Position numbers and translations under genes: made by a program. A stretch of 64,000 nt of DNA from assembly GCA_050294405.1 (NCBI GenBank), contig JBNKOC010000028.1, positions 320,001 through 384,000 on the forward strand. Reading direction: 5' to 3'. The notes beneath the pieces were generated by a model. It searched no databases. It was not told the DNA's origin and saw only the letters and a list, made by a program, of their open reading frames with translations. The number at the start of each line of letters is the position of its first letter. Within the stretch, counting starts at the first letter, position 1. The stretch comes from Fibrobacteria bacterium. GTDB taxonomy: Bacteria; Fibrobacterota; Fibrobacteria; UBA11236; JADFYW01. Below are positions 28,076 through 38,348 of this stretch, one piece after another.

Positions 28076-29665
28076 TTAAGCAGTTACAGGTTCTTTCGTC
28101 CACTCACTTCCAATATTTCTCCAAATGTTTAGAGGATTGGAATTTTTAAGTTCGTCGGGAAGCCTTTCTTCTCGAACGGCATCGTAACTTTGCAACATAC
28201 AAAACCGTCTTAAAGAGGCCGGGATTCCCACAGCGGTAAAGCCTGGATGTCCTGTGGCGGGGAAAGGCCCACCGTGGTTCATGGCAGGGGATACGGCAAC
28301 ACCCGTAGGCATTTTGTCGTTTAATAAACGACCCACTTTTTGCTGTAAACCAGGAGCAATAAAATTGTAGGCTTCTGTATCAGCTCCGTTTTTGGCGCTG
28401 TAGATACATCCGGTAAGGTTACCTTCCAGGGAAGCGATAACAGCGGCTAATTCTTCAAGGCTTTCGGCAGCCACTACAAGGCTGGAATTACCAAAAGTTT
28501 CGAGCTGGAATTGTTCGGGGTCTTCCAAAAATCTTTTTCCGCTTACTTTAAGCAAAGTGTTGGCATAGGAAAAGCCCTCTGACTCGGCCTGTTTTCCACC
28601 TGTTAATATTTCCGCTCCGGCTTTAGCCAGTTTGGCCACGTTGGTTTTTAAACTTTCTAATACACCCTTTGTAAGTAACTTTCCACAGGGTGAGGTTTCA
28701 AAATTGTTTTTAATGGTTAGAAGAAATCCATCCAGACTTGCTCCAGCAATTCCTAAAACCAATCCGGGATTCGTGCAAAATTGTCCGGTACCCATTAAGC
28801 AGGATGTGGAAAATTCACCTGCTAATTCATCACTTCGCTCTTCAATGGCACCCGGCAACACAACCACAGGGTTAATACTGCTAAGCTCCATGTATGCGGG
28901 TTTACCGTGTTTATCCGCTGCGGCCTTTAATACAAGACCAGCATCTCGGGCACCTGTATAAGCAATGGCTGCGGTTAATGGGTGAGAAACCCATTTCTCT
29001 CCCAGGTCGTGGGGGCTTCTGTATATGAGTTGCAACAAAGCCTTTGGCATTCCGGTTTTTTCCATGGCCTTTAATGCTTCCTCAGTGACAATTCTGGTGG
29101 TTCCGGGATGAGCTGAATTTGCCTTGCAAATTACGGGGTTCCCCGCAGCAATGGCAGCCGCAAAATCTCCTCCGCAGGAGCCGTTAAAAGCCAAAGGAAA
29201 ATTATTGGGACCAAAAACCAAAACAGGGCCGCCTAAGGGACGGTAATAGGAACGGATGTTGTTTTGTAAATCCAAAACAGGAAGAGTCCAGGATTTATCT
29301 AATACAGCTGCGGCAGCTTGGCGTAATTGGCCAGTGGTGCGGGGAAGCTCCACATCATTTAAACGTGGGCTGGAGGGAAGTGCTGTTTCTTTATTGGCCA
29401 TGGCCACGATTTCTTCTCTGCGAGCTTCGATGTTATCGGCATATAGATTTAAAAATTCGGCGATTTTAGCAGCAGGAATTTTTTTAAGTTCAAGGGCGGC
29501 TTGGGCTCCTGCTTTTAAGCTTTCTTCTAATTCTTCCCAAGGGCTAATGGGGTAAACTTCACCGGTTTCCGTGCCATCTAAAGGGCTTAGGGGTTTGAAG
29601 CTGGATGTTCCTTTAGAAACTTTCCATTCGCCGTTAATAAGTACTTTTTCTACGCTTGCATTCAT
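28076..29665 (-). CDS. Alpha-ketoglutaric semialdehyde dehydrogenase-type NADP+ aldehyde dehydrogenase
   Basis: NFPLAF, GGDFAAAIAAG, ELSSINP, GQFCTNPG, PTGVAVSPAMNHGGPFPAT. Confidence 0.9.
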   Translation of the reverse strand: MNASVEKVLINGEWKVSKGTSSFKPLSPLDGTETGEVYPISPWEELEESLKAGAQAALELKKIPAAKIAEFLNLYADNIEARREEIVAMANKETALPSSPRLNDVELPRTTGQLRQAAAAVLDKSWTLPVLDLQNNIRSYYRPLGGPVLVFGPNNFPLAFNGSCGGDFAAAIAAGNPVICKANSAHPGTTRIVTEEALKAMEKTGMPKALLQLIYRSPHDLGEKWVSHPLTAAIAYTGARDAGLVLKAAADKHGKPAYMELSSINPVVVLPGAIEERSDELAGEFSTSCLMGTGQFCTNPGLVLGIAGASLDGFLLTIKNNFETSPCGKLLTKGVLESLKTNVAKLAKAGAEILTGGKQAESEGFSYANTLLKVSGKRFLEDPEQFQLETFGNSSLVVAAESLEELAAVIASLEGNLTGCIYSAKNGADTEAYNFIAPGLQQKVGRLLNDKMPTGVAVSPAMNHGGPFPATGHPGFTAVGIPASLRRFCMLQSYDAVREERLPDELKNSNPLNIWRNIGSEWTKEPVTA

Positions 29666-29687
29666 TATTCATCTCTCCTTAGCGGAT

Positions 29688-30758
29688 TCAAACTAAATGG
29701 GGTGTTATTAAAATTTTGATATGTTTCTGGCCGTTATGTATGAGCTCTTCAAAGCCCTGGGACACCGCGTTATCCAAATTGATTTTCGATGTAACTAAGG
29801 GATCAATGGATAATTTGCCCTGGCCAATCCAATCTACGGCTTGTTTAAAATCGATGTCATATACATGGGAAAAAGAGCCTATAACCTCAATTTCATGCCA
29901 CACTATTTGGAAGGTGTTCATGCCTACAGGAGCATTGTGAAGTCCGGTCATTAGCACCCGACCTCTTTTCCGGGCCAAGGTAGGTGCCAGACTGATGGTA
30001 ATTTCGTTTCCGCCACATTCGATAACTCTATCGGCCCCTCTGTCTTTGGTAAGTTTAAAAACTTCTTCTTTCGCATCCACGGTTTTGGGATCGATTAGCA
30101 CATCAGCCCCTAATTTTTGAGCCAGAGCTCTTTTATCGGGCTGAGGTTCTATCATAATGATGGGAGACGCCCCGGTTAACTTAACCATTTGCAATGTAAG
30201 TAAGCCAATGGTGCCTCCGCCTATGATAACAACGCTTTGTCCTTCCTGAATTTGGGCTTTTCGCACGGCTCTTACACATACCGAAGCAGGTTCGGATAGG
30301 GCGCCTACTTCAGAAGGCATGTCGGCAGGCAATTTAAAACACACTTCAGCTAGTGTATTTACATACTCCGCGCAGCCACCGTGAGTGGTGAGCCCCAAAT
30401 GGGCCATGTTGTCACAGTGGTGCATGTTATGGGTTTCGCAATTAGGACATGTTCGGCAGAAAATAATGGGATCGGGAGCTACTATATCACCAGGTTTAAG
30501 ACTGGTCACATTTTTTCCCACTTCAACTACAGTTCCCACCATTTCATGGCCCATCACCAATGGCGCTTTTGCGCCGGTTAAGGGGTTGGGTGTATCCACT
30601 GGTATGTACATGGGGCCGTGGGTGTATTCTTCCACATCTGTTCCGCAAATGCCGCACCAGTCAATTTTTAAAGTGACTTCGTTCGGCCCGGGCGGTTTGG
30701 GCATGGGGAAGTCTTCTACTAACAGCTTGCCTTGTTTATGCCATACCAATGCTTTCAT
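29688..30758 (-). CDS. Zn-dependent medium-chain dehydrogenase (butanediol/sorbitol dehydrogenase-like)
   Basis: CGICGTD, GHE, structural Zn CxxCxxC..C, GGGTIG. Confidence 0.9.
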   Translation of the reverse strand: MKALVWHKQGKLLVEDFPMPKPPGPNEVTLKIDWCGICGTDVEEYTHGPMYIPVDTPNPLTGAKAPLVMGHEMVGTVVEVGKNVTSLKPGDIVAPDPIIFCRTCPNCETHNMHHCDNMAHLGLTTHGGCAEYVNTLAEVCFKLPADMPSEVGALSEPASVCVRAVRKAQIQEGQSVVIIGGGTIGLLTLQMVKLTGASPIIMIEPQPDKRALAQKLGADVLIDPKTVDAKEEVFKLTKDRGADRVIECGGNEITISLAPTLARKRGRVLMTGLHNAPVGMNTFQIVWHEIEVIGSFSHVYDIDFKQAVDWIGQGKLSIDPLVTSKINLDNAVSQGFEELIHNGQKHIKILITPHLV

Positions 30759-30775
30759 TTTACTCCCCTTGTTGA

Positions 30776-31657
30776 CTAACCCTTAAACGCTGCTGACTCT
30801 ACACCTTTTACGCCGGGATTAGCTTTAAACAAGCATCCGGCGTTGGGGTATTTTTCCCAATCGCTGTCTGTATAATCGCAAGAAGCTGTGGTAATATACA
30901 ATTCATCTAGATTGTCTCCGCCAAACGCACAGGAAGTGACCAGGTTAGCCCCGGGTACTTCAATGCCGCCTATACATTCCCCGGTCTGAGGGTTGTAGCG
31001 GTTTACCCGACCCCCGAAATACAGGGCCAGCCATAACATGCCCTCGGAATCAATGGACATGCCATCCGGAAATCCAACTTCTTTCGGAATGGAAACTACA
31101 GGCCGACGGTTGCTTACATCACCGGTGTCATTGTTGTAGTCAAATGCATGAATTTCGTATGTCAGGCTGTCAATGTAATACATAGTCTTTTTGTCGGCAG
31201 TCCAAACAATTCCATTAGAGCAGGATACATCTTTTAAAATCTGGGTGACTTTTTTATCGGAGTCTAAACGGTAAAGCCCCCCTTTTCCCGGGGCCAGGCC
31301 GAAGTCCATGGAGCCCGCCCAAAACCTTCCGGCGGGATCGCATTTTCCATCGTTAAAGCGGTTTCCATCCAGTTCCTGCTCCACCTCTGCTAACATTTCA
31401 CAATTTCCACTTTCGAGGTCCAAGGCCGCAAATCCGTTTTTAAGAGTAACTGCTGCACCCCCGCTTTCTCGTGCCACAATGGTGCTAGGAAATTCTTTTA
31501 CATCAAGAGTTTTGTTTTCGCCGGTGGCGGGGTTGTATACAAAAACCTTATGATCCAGAATATCTACCCAGTACAAAAGTTTTTTTTGAGGCACCCAAAG
31601 GGAACCCTCTCCCAGTACGGATTTGCGTTTAACAACAATTTCTGCTTTGGAACTCAT
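30776..31657 (-). CDS. SMP-30/gluconolactonase family sugar lactonase
   Basis: LGEGSLW, RFNDGKCDPAGRFWAGSM, SNG, PDGM, TSCAFGG. Confidence 0.95.
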   Translation of the reverse strand: MSSKAEIVVKRKSVLGEGSLWVPQKKLLYWVDILDHKVFVYNPATGENKTLDVKEFPSTIVARESGGAAVTLKNGFAALDLESGNCEMLAEVEQELDGNRFNDGKCDPAGRFWAGSMDFGLAPGKGGLYRLDSDKKVTQILKDVSCSNGIVWTADKKTMYYIDSLTYEIHAFDYNNDTGDVSNRRPVVSIPKEVGFPDGMSIDSEGMLWLALYFGGRVNRYNPQTGECIGGIEVPGANLVTSCAFGGDNLDELYITTASCDYTDSDWEKYPNAGCLFKANPGVKGVESAAFKG

Positions 31658-31666
31658 GAAAACCTC

Positions 31667-32788
31667 CTAATATGCTGCTTCGTAAATTTTTAAACAATCG
31701 TCTGCTGTCACTTTCCGAGGATTAGTTAGAGAACAATGATCCTGTTCGGCATATTTTGCATAGGGTTCGAATTCTAATTGAGGACAACCCATACCGCTTA
31801 GAGTGGCGGGAGCGCCTACTTTTTCCATAAGCTCATCGAAATAGCCGGGTAATTCAGCCGAGCTTTTAAGGCCTAGGGTTTGGCTCATGCGCTCCATTTT
31901 CTCTGGGCAGGATTCCATATTGAATTTTAAAGAGTGAGATAAAAACACACCATTCAAAGTACCGTGATGCAGCCGAACATCTTTTAAAGCACCAAGGGGG
32001 TGACTTAAGGAGTGGATGATTCCAAGGCCTTTTTGAAAGGTCATGCCTCCTTCAAGGGCGGCCATCATAAGTTCGCTGCGGGCTTCAAGATTTTGCCCGT
32101 CTTTAACGGCAATGGGAAGGTTGGTACAGGCACGTTTTAATCCGTCCAAAGCAATAGCTTCAGCAGGAGGGTTAAACTTAGGGCTGCAAAAAGTTTCCAC
32201 GCAATGGGAAATAGCATCAAGCCCCGCTCCCGCAGTCAAGGCAGGAGGTGTTCCCAAAGTTAAGCTGGGATCGCACATCACAGCTGTGGGTATTAAATGA
32301 GGACTTAGAAAAGCCATCTTACGGCCATTGTTTAGAGTGACCAGCGCGGCGCGGCCTACTTCGCTTCCTGTTCCGGCCGTGGTGGGAATGGCAAAAACGG
32401 GAGGTTTTTTTGATGTAATTTTTGGGAGGCCACCATTTAAAAAGGCATATTGCTCAATGGGCAATTCGTGACCCACCGCAACAGAAATAATTTTGGCGCA
32501 ATCGATAGGAGAACCGCCGCCCAAGGCCACAATGCAATCGCAGTTATTTTCTTTAAAAAGTTCAACGCCTTTTAAAACACTATCTTCATCGGGATTGCTA
32601 AAAATTTCGTCGAAAATTACAGCATCTTTACAACCTAATTTATCAACCATTCCCAGGGCTACAATTCCCTTATCCGTGGCAATTAGGGGTTTTTTAAGGT
32701 TATTTTGTTGGAGCAACTCAGGAAGCAGACCAGCCGCTCCGGGTTTGAAATAAATACTGGATAAATAACTGATATCTGGAAGTAACAA
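31667..32788 (-). CDS. Iron-containing alcohol dehydrogenase
   Basis: GGGSPID, PTTAGTGSE, DAISH, HSLSH, HHG; TTG start with GGAGGA SD. Confidence 0.95.
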   Translation of the reverse strand: MLLPDISYLSSIYFKPGAAGLLPELLQQNNLKKPLIATDKGIVALGMVDKLGCKDAVIFDEIFSNPDEDSVLKGVELFKENNCDCIVALGGGSPIDCAKIISVAVGHELPIEQYAFLNGGLPKITSKKPPVFAIPTTAGTGSEVGRAALVTLNNGRKMAFLSPHLIPTAVMCDPSLTLGTPPALTAGAGLDAISHCVETFCSPKFNPPAEAIALDGLKRACTNLPIAVKDGQNLEARSELMMAALEGGMTFQKGLGIIHSLSHPLGALKDVRLHHGTLNGVFLSHSLKFNMESCPEKMERMSQTLGLKSSAELPGYFDELMEKVGAPATLSGMGCPQLEFEPYAKYAEQDHCSLTNPRKVTADDCLKIYEAAY

Positions 32789-33021
32789 CTGGGATCCTCC
32801 GGTTTAGGAATGGACTAATATTGGTGGAATAAAATATATAAAAAGATATTAGGCGTCCATGAGCGAAATGGCAGAATAAAACAGTTGAACTACCATTGTA
32901 CATTCTCGGAAGCTTTATGTAAATTATAGCAAATAAATACATCGCTTTTAAATTGATGCTTGGATGGGGAAAGGCATCATTGTATATATATTTGTCAAAA
33001 TAAAAGTCAACGGAGGATTTA

Positions 33022-33729
33022 ATGAATCACCAAAAAGTTGTAATTACCGGAGCTACTAAAGGAATTGGCGAAGCTGTAAGTTTGTGGGCTGCAGAAAATG
33101 GAATGCAGGTTTTAGCCGTCGCCAGAACAAAGGCTGACTTGGAAAGTTTGAAGGAAAAAAATCCCGATAAAATTTCCATATTTCCCTGTGATATTTCCAA
33201 TCGCGCTGAGGTGGAAGCCGCCCATGCCGAAATGGTTAAAACTGTAGGCGACCCTGACCTTCTTATTAACAATGCTGGTATTGTGTACAGCAGCGCTTTT
33301 TTGGAGCAGCCTTTGGATTACATTGATAACACCATTGATATCAACCTCAAAGGTAGTATGTACTGGACGCGTTTGGTTTTGCCTGCCATGGTTAAACAAA
33401 AATGGGGCCGGGTTATTAACATTTCCTCTGTGGCTGGCGTTCGTGGAATTCCCAATCAATCCTCTTATTGCACATCAAAATGGGGTTTGACCGGTTTTGG
33501 AGAAGCTTTGGCGCAGGAAATGCTCGAACATGGTGTGCATATTAATACTATATGCCCCGGTGCGGTGGATACTCCTCTCTGGAACCCTAAACATCCTTAC
33601 TTTTTCGGCGATAAAACAAAAATTATCAAGCCCAAGGAAATTGTGGATATGATTGAATTTTTATTAAAGCAGCCAGACACTACTTTTCACAAGAGAATGG
33701 TGCTCTTTCCTGCCCACGAATGGCATTAA
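33022..33729 (+). CDS. Short-chain dehydrogenase/reductase
   Basis: TGATKGIG, NNAG, YCTSK catalytic motif; GGAGG SD. Confidence 0.95.
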   Translation: MNHQKVVITGATKGIGEAVSLWAAENGMQVLAVARTKADLESLKEKNPDKISIFPCDISNRAEVEAAHAEMVKTVGDPDLLINNAGIVYSSAFLEQPLDYIDNTIDINLKGSMYWTRLVLPAMVKQKWGRVINISSVAGVRGIPNQSSYCTSKWGLTGFGEALAQEMLEHGVHINTICPGAVDTPLWNPKHPYFFGDKTKIIKPKEIVDMIEFLLKQPDTTFHKRMVLFPAHEWH

Positions 33730-33751
33730 TTTTTTAGTGCGGTGGATATCG

Positions 33752-33782
33752 AGGCGACGGAATTTTCCGTCGCCTTTTTTTA
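33752..33782 (+). terminator. Rho-independent terminator
   Basis: AGGCGACGGAA-tt-TTCCGTCGCCT followed by a T-run. Confidence 0.9.
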
Positions 33783-33891
33783 TCTGTAGCAAGATATTAA
33801 GCCAATAATATTGGAATTTTTTAAATCTGGCGTTTTATTTGGTAGAAATCGGGAATCTGAAATTAGTTTCAAAACAAGCTGAGGCCAATTA

Positions 33892-33990
33892 TTTATTTAA
33901 GCCTGCATCTCTCAAAAGCTCCGTCGAGTTCCAGAAAATAAAATAAGATCCGAACTCAAAGTCGTTTTGTGAGACACAGACTTAAATGAA
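33892..33990. repeat. ~100-bp imperfect inverted-repeat element (MITE-like)
   Basis: ATTTAAGCCTGCATCTCTCAAAA ... TTTTGTGAGACACAGACTTAAAT (19/23 match) with inner GAGTTC/GAACTC; TTAA at both ends. Confidence 0.5.
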
Positions 33991-34535
33991 ATGGCACTCC
34001 GGAAGTTTTTAAAACAGGGCTCTAGCCTTTTTTGCAATAGCAAAAGATGTTGTGGGAACTAAAATTTTCTGAGGTATAAATATGGCTATATCAACAATCG
34101 CTTTATTGAGCGGATTAATTTTCACAACATAAATCGAGTATTTCCAAAATGGAATTTCTTTTTCTGGGATAGCCAAATCAGATTGCTTCGTAGTAAAAAA
34201 TGTGGTCCGATATTTGTTTTTAATTTGGAGTTTAATTTCAAAACAACTGGCTGAAAAAACATTCAGGCAATGGGTCCTAGTTAGATACTCAGAATGAATG
34301 TGATTTTTTCAGTTAGTTCGTTTGAAATGGTGCTACTTTTGAAATTCAAAATTAACAATGCCTTGTGGCTCTTGTACCCACATTTAAAACGAGGTGAAAA
34401 GGTCAAAATCGCTTAATCTCAAGCAATGTTTGACGAAATTTTACACTGGACATTAAGGCAAAACTTTTAAACGAATTTGTTTCGAAATCCCACTAAATTA
34501 TTAGGATTTAAAAGAAGAAATAGGGAGAGTATTTC

Positions 34536-37145
34536 GTGAAATTGAGAACTTTAGCGTCTGTCGCGTTTCTGTTATTTGTAACAAGAATTCCATTTGCTCA
34601 AAACTTTAGCTGGGGAACGGTGACTATGGGAGGCGGCGGTTTTGTGTCTGCCATAATCACTTCAAAAACAGAAAAAAATTTGATTTATGCCCGAACTGAT
34701 GTGGGAGGAGCCTACCGCTGGAATGAATTCAATCAGTCCTGGATTCCATTAAATGACTGGCTTGATTTGAATTATAACGGGCTTTACGGTATATCAGCTA
34801 TTGCTCTGGACCCGGCAAATCCTTCCAGATTGTATATGTTAGCTGGTACCGATTATTGGAATGATGGAAAAACTATGATCCTTCGTTCCGAGGATTACGG
34901 GGCTAGTTTTGATACCATAAATGTAACATCGCAATTTAAAGCACATGGAAACGGATTTGGACGGCAAAATGGAGAACGGCTTGCTGTGGATCCTAATAAT
35001 CCAAACATTTTGTTTTGTGGAACTCGTTATGATGGTCTCTGGAAAAGTATGGATAGAGGTTCAACCTGGTCTCCTGTTGCAGGGGTACCAGCCCCTTCCA
35101 ATACAGAAGGCGTAAACATTGTTTTGTTTGACCCAAATGTGGTATCCGGGGGAGTGACCCAAAGAATATACATCGGGTTATCTGTAACGGGAGACAACAT
35201 GTATGTTTCCAATGACGCCGGGGCTAGTTTTTCTCCCATGCCCCTACCCGAATTGTCACGGCAGTTAATGCCGCAAAGAGCTGTTTTAACTCCAGGGGGC
35301 CACTTCTTATATGTGACTGCTGCAGACGGCGCCGGCCCGGGATTTGGAAATGGAACCACAATTACAAGAGGCGCCGTTTTTAAATACGACACCCAGGCCA
35401 AAAGCTGGACAGATATCTCTCCTGAAAACTGGGTAGACGATCCACCAGATCCGGAAAATCCCGGCCAAACCCTATGGGATGCCCATTTTGGGGGCTACGG
35501 AGGTATAAGTATTGATGCGGCCGATTCAAATAAGTTGGTAGTGTCTTCCACAAATACCTGGAAACCCCAGCGTTGGGATAACTCAACGGCTGTAGGATGG
35601 GGGGATAAAATTTTTGCCAGCAGCGATGGAGGGCAAAGTTGGGTTAATGTATTCGGGGATTTGGGGGATGGAGAGGCAAGTCAGGTCCCTGAGGATCATC
35701 CCGTGGCTGTGCTGGATAAAAACGGGTATAACTGGATTGAAGGGGAAAGTATACATTGGGCCGGAAGCATCGAAATGGATCCATTTAACCCAAAAAGGGT
35801 GTTTGTAACTTCTGGAAATGGCATATACATGGCGGATAATTTTACGCCAGGCTCCCGCTTTCAGTTCCATTTTTGCGTGAAAGATTTAGAAGAAACGGTT
35901 GCTGAAGATTTGGTAAGTATTCCAGGCGGGCCTCTCATTACAGTTATTGGTGATTATGATGGTTTTGTACACCACAACATTAGAAAGCCAGTAAATGGAA
36001 GTCGGCATTCTCCCAGAATTGGTTCCACCACCGGGATTGATTATGCCACCCAAAATCCAGGAGTAGTGGTGAGAGTTGGTGGCAACGATAAACAAGCCAG
36101 CGATGCTGAATATGTTTTTCCCTTGTATTACAGTTTGGATACTGGAAATACCTGGACTGCTTTCGCCACACATCCTGGTCCAGGTCAGAACTATAAAGGT
36201 AAAATAGCCGTTTCTACCGATGGGAAAGTTGTGCTCTGGAATCCTAATGAAAAAAGTGCGATATATAGAACAGATGATTGGGGTGTGACATGGACAGAAG
36301 TTACGGGGATTTCAGTTCAAGACCCATTTCCCACAGCAGATCCGGTAAATCCAAATGTATTTTATGCCTTTGGCGGACAGGTTTATAAAAGTACAAACAA
36401 GGGCGTGAGTTTTGCAGCGGTAAGCGCTCAAAACTTTTCCTGGTCCCCGGATATGCAGGTTACCCCTGACCGAGAGGGCCATGTATGGGTGGTTGGTTTT
36501 GCCTGGGATGGAGTAAACGGAGGTTATCTTGCTCGCTCCACCGATGGAGGGGAAAGCTTTGTAAACATCGACCCAGCATCAGATCCTATTTATACACAAA
36601 AAATCCAGCATGCTGAAGCGGTTGGGTTTGGAAAAGCCGCTCCTGGAGCAGATTATCCTGCCATATACATATCCGGCACTATAGACGGAGAAAAGGGAGT
36701 CTTTCAATCAATTGACGAAGCTAAAACTTGGACCAGAATAGACGACCCCAACCACCAATATGGATCTCTTTCCAACGGTAATTTTATTCGCGGGGATGCC
36801 AATACTTTTGGTGTTGTGTACCGCAGTACCGCTGGGCGTGGGATAGCAGCGCGCTTTCCCAGTGAGTGGCTGGGTTTTGAAATTCGGCCTGTTAATAATT
36901 CAAAAGCTCGGGCTGGAAATATAAAATTACAAGGATCAAATATTTTAGTTGCTTTAAATGACTTGAAAATGATTAGGCTGGAAGCTTATTCCCTAAATGG
37001 CCGAATATTAAAATCAGTAGCTCTATATCAGGATACTATTTTACCTTTAAATTTCTTTTCAAATGGCAAGCAGGAAATTGTTTTTGTTATAAAGGATTAT
37101 AACAATCATATTATTAGTAGCCAAAAGCTTATTAACCGAAACTAG
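34536..37145 (+). CDS. GH74 xyloglucanase-like secreted glycoside hydrolase with T9SS-like C-terminal tail
   Basis: GGGGFV, YARTDVGGAYRW and GDYDGF (both catalytic Asp), NGERLAVDP, repeated SxDxGxTW Asp boxes, signal peptide. Confidence 0.92.
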   Translation: MKLRTLASVAFLLFVTRIPFAQNFSWGTVTMGGGGFVSAIITSKTEKNLIYARTDVGGAYRWNEFNQSWIPLNDWLDLNYNGLYGISAIALDPANPSRLYMLAGTDYWNDGKTMILRSEDYGASFDTINVTSQFKAHGNGFGRQNGERLAVDPNNPNILFCGTRYDGLWKSMDRGSTWSPVAGVPAPSNTEGVNIVLFDPNVVSGGVTQRIYIGLSVTGDNMYVSNDAGASFSPMPLPELSRQLMPQRAVLTPGGHFLYVTAADGAGPGFGNGTTITRGAVFKYDTQAKSWTDISPENWVDDPPDPENPGQTLWDAHFGGYGGISIDAADSNKLVVSSTNTWKPQRWDNSTAVGWGDKIFASSDGGQSWVNVFGDLGDGEASQVPEDHPVAVLDKNGYNWIEGESIHWAGSIEMDPFNPKRVFVTSGNGIYMADNFTPGSRFQFHFCVKDLEETVAEDLVSIPGGPLITVIGDYDGFVHHNIRKPVNGSRHSPRIGSTTGIDYATQNPGVVVRVGGNDKQASDAEYVFPLYYSLDTGNTWTAFATHPGPGQNYKGKIAVSTDGKVVLWNPNEKSAIYRTDDWGVTWTEVTGISVQDPFPTADPVNPNVFYAFGGQVYKSTNKGVSFAAVSAQNFSWSPDMQVTPDREGHVWVVGFAWDGVNGGYLARSTDGGESFVNIDPASDPIYTQKIQHAEAVGFGKAAPGADYPAIYISGTIDGEKGVFQSIDEAKTWTRIDDPNHQYGSLSNGNFIRGDANTFGVVYRSTAGRGIAARFPSEWLGFEIRPVNNSKARAGNIKLQGSNILVALNDLKMIRLEAYSLNGRILKSVALYQDTILPLNFFSNGKQEIVFVIKDYNNHIISSQKLINRN

Positions 37146-37229
37146 TTGGACAGAAAACGAACCGAGAGTTTTTATGATTAAACATGTCGAGCTTGAAGGA
37201 GCCCTGCGAAGGCCATTTTTAAAGCTCCC

Positions 37230-37691
37230 TTAAGCCAGTTCCCAGAACCAAACTTCCTGAGATAAACTAAAATAATCGGGGCTTCCCTTGGCCATTTTGT
37301 CTTTGTTCCACAAATCGATGTGATCTCCGGAATTTCCAGGGCCCCAAAAATTCATAAAAAAAGCAATGCCTGTTTTGCCTTTGTAATCGGCATCGCTAAT
37401 GTTATCGCTTTTTTTCTTAATATCCACTTCGCCGAACTGTGTCTTTTGGGTTTTCATCCAATTGGCGAGTTCCTCGGCTCTTAGAATATGTTCTTCGGAT
37501 TTGTCGTGAAACCAACATCTTACCTTTTTAAAACTGCTTAAATCCACTGCGCTTCGTTTAAAACAAACTCCCATTCGTATGGCACACTGATTGGCAAAGG
37601 CTGCCGTTCCGGATTTATTTTTACAGGGGCTGTCGTCTTTTTCTTTATTCATGGGGTGGTTTCCCCATAAAGTATTAAAGTCAGCGGTCAT
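37230..37691 (-). CDS. Tae4-family (T6SS amidase effector-like) peptidoglycan amidase
   Basis: NQCAIRMG (Cys36), LRAEELANW, GKTGIAFF.NFW, GDHIDLWN, VWFWEL; no signal peptide. Confidence 0.85.
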   Translation of the reverse strand: MTADFNTLWGNHPMNKEKDDSPCKNKSGTAAFANQCAIRMGVCFKRSAVDLSSFKKVRCWFHDKSEEHILRAEELANWMKTQKTQFGEVDIKKKSDNISDADYKGKTGIAFFMNFWGPGNSGDHIDLWNKDKMAKGSPDYFSLSQEVWFWELA

Positions 37692-37702
37692 ATAAATCCT
37701 TT

Positions 37703-38176
37703 TTACTCATGGGTCATAATCCACAACATTTTGTTGTCAATCCAGTTATTGCAATTTAAGCGATGGTTGAAAATTTTTTGTTTAACCACCAATTTGTTGG
37801 GATATACCAAAAGAGCCTTAGCCAATATTTCGCAAACGCTTCCAGGATTGTGGCTAATAATAGACATCCCCACAGAATTGTGTAAGTCGGGATAATTTTC
37901 TTGTTTCGCACTTTGGTCTGCCTTAGTGGGCTCTGTGGAAAAATGGCAGGGTGCTGGAAGGCCTGTTTCCAAAACACTTTCTTTATAATGGATAAGGCAA
38001 CTATCGGTTTTGCTTCGGCTTATTTTTACCTCTCCGTAAGAAGTTGTGGCAGAATCCAGAAATAAAATTTGCTGGGTTTGAGACGAGTCTAAATTATTCT
38101 GAGCTCCAGCCCACCCAAAGATAAAAGCTACCCAGACCAAATTTCGGAAACCGGTAATAAAAATCGAAAATTTCAT
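37703..38176 (-). CDS. Exported small Cys-containing protein, candidate immunity protein for adjacent Tae4-like amidase
   Basis: Signal peptide ending AGA-Q, four Cys, 11 nt upstream of the amidase gene and co-oriented. Confidence 0.6.
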   Translation of the reverse strand: MKFSIFITGFRNLVWVAFIFGWAGAQNNLDSSQTQQILFLDSATTSYGEVKISRSKTDSCLIHYKESVLETGLPAPCHFSTEPTKADQSAKQENYPDLHNSVGMSIISHNPGSVCEILAKALLVYPNKLVVKQKIFNHRLNCNNWIDNKMLWIMTHE

Positions 38177-38348
38177 AACGCCTTTTTGCTTTATAATCTA
38201 TCAATTCTTAATCATCTTATCAATGTATGCTGAGTCACGGTTTTTCCCATTACATTTGCGCAAATTGAAAAAATATTGCACATTTAGAGATACAAATGCC
38301 TTAATTTTAAATTTTTCCCTTTAAAAAAATGGCAGTGGTTTTGCTTTA

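Noticed and set aside
33783..34535. Possible CRISPR array, tRNA or small gene in the large intergenic gap
   Set aside because: No regularly spaced direct repeats, cloverleaf or convincing ORF; only an 11-bp TTTCAAAACAA duplication.
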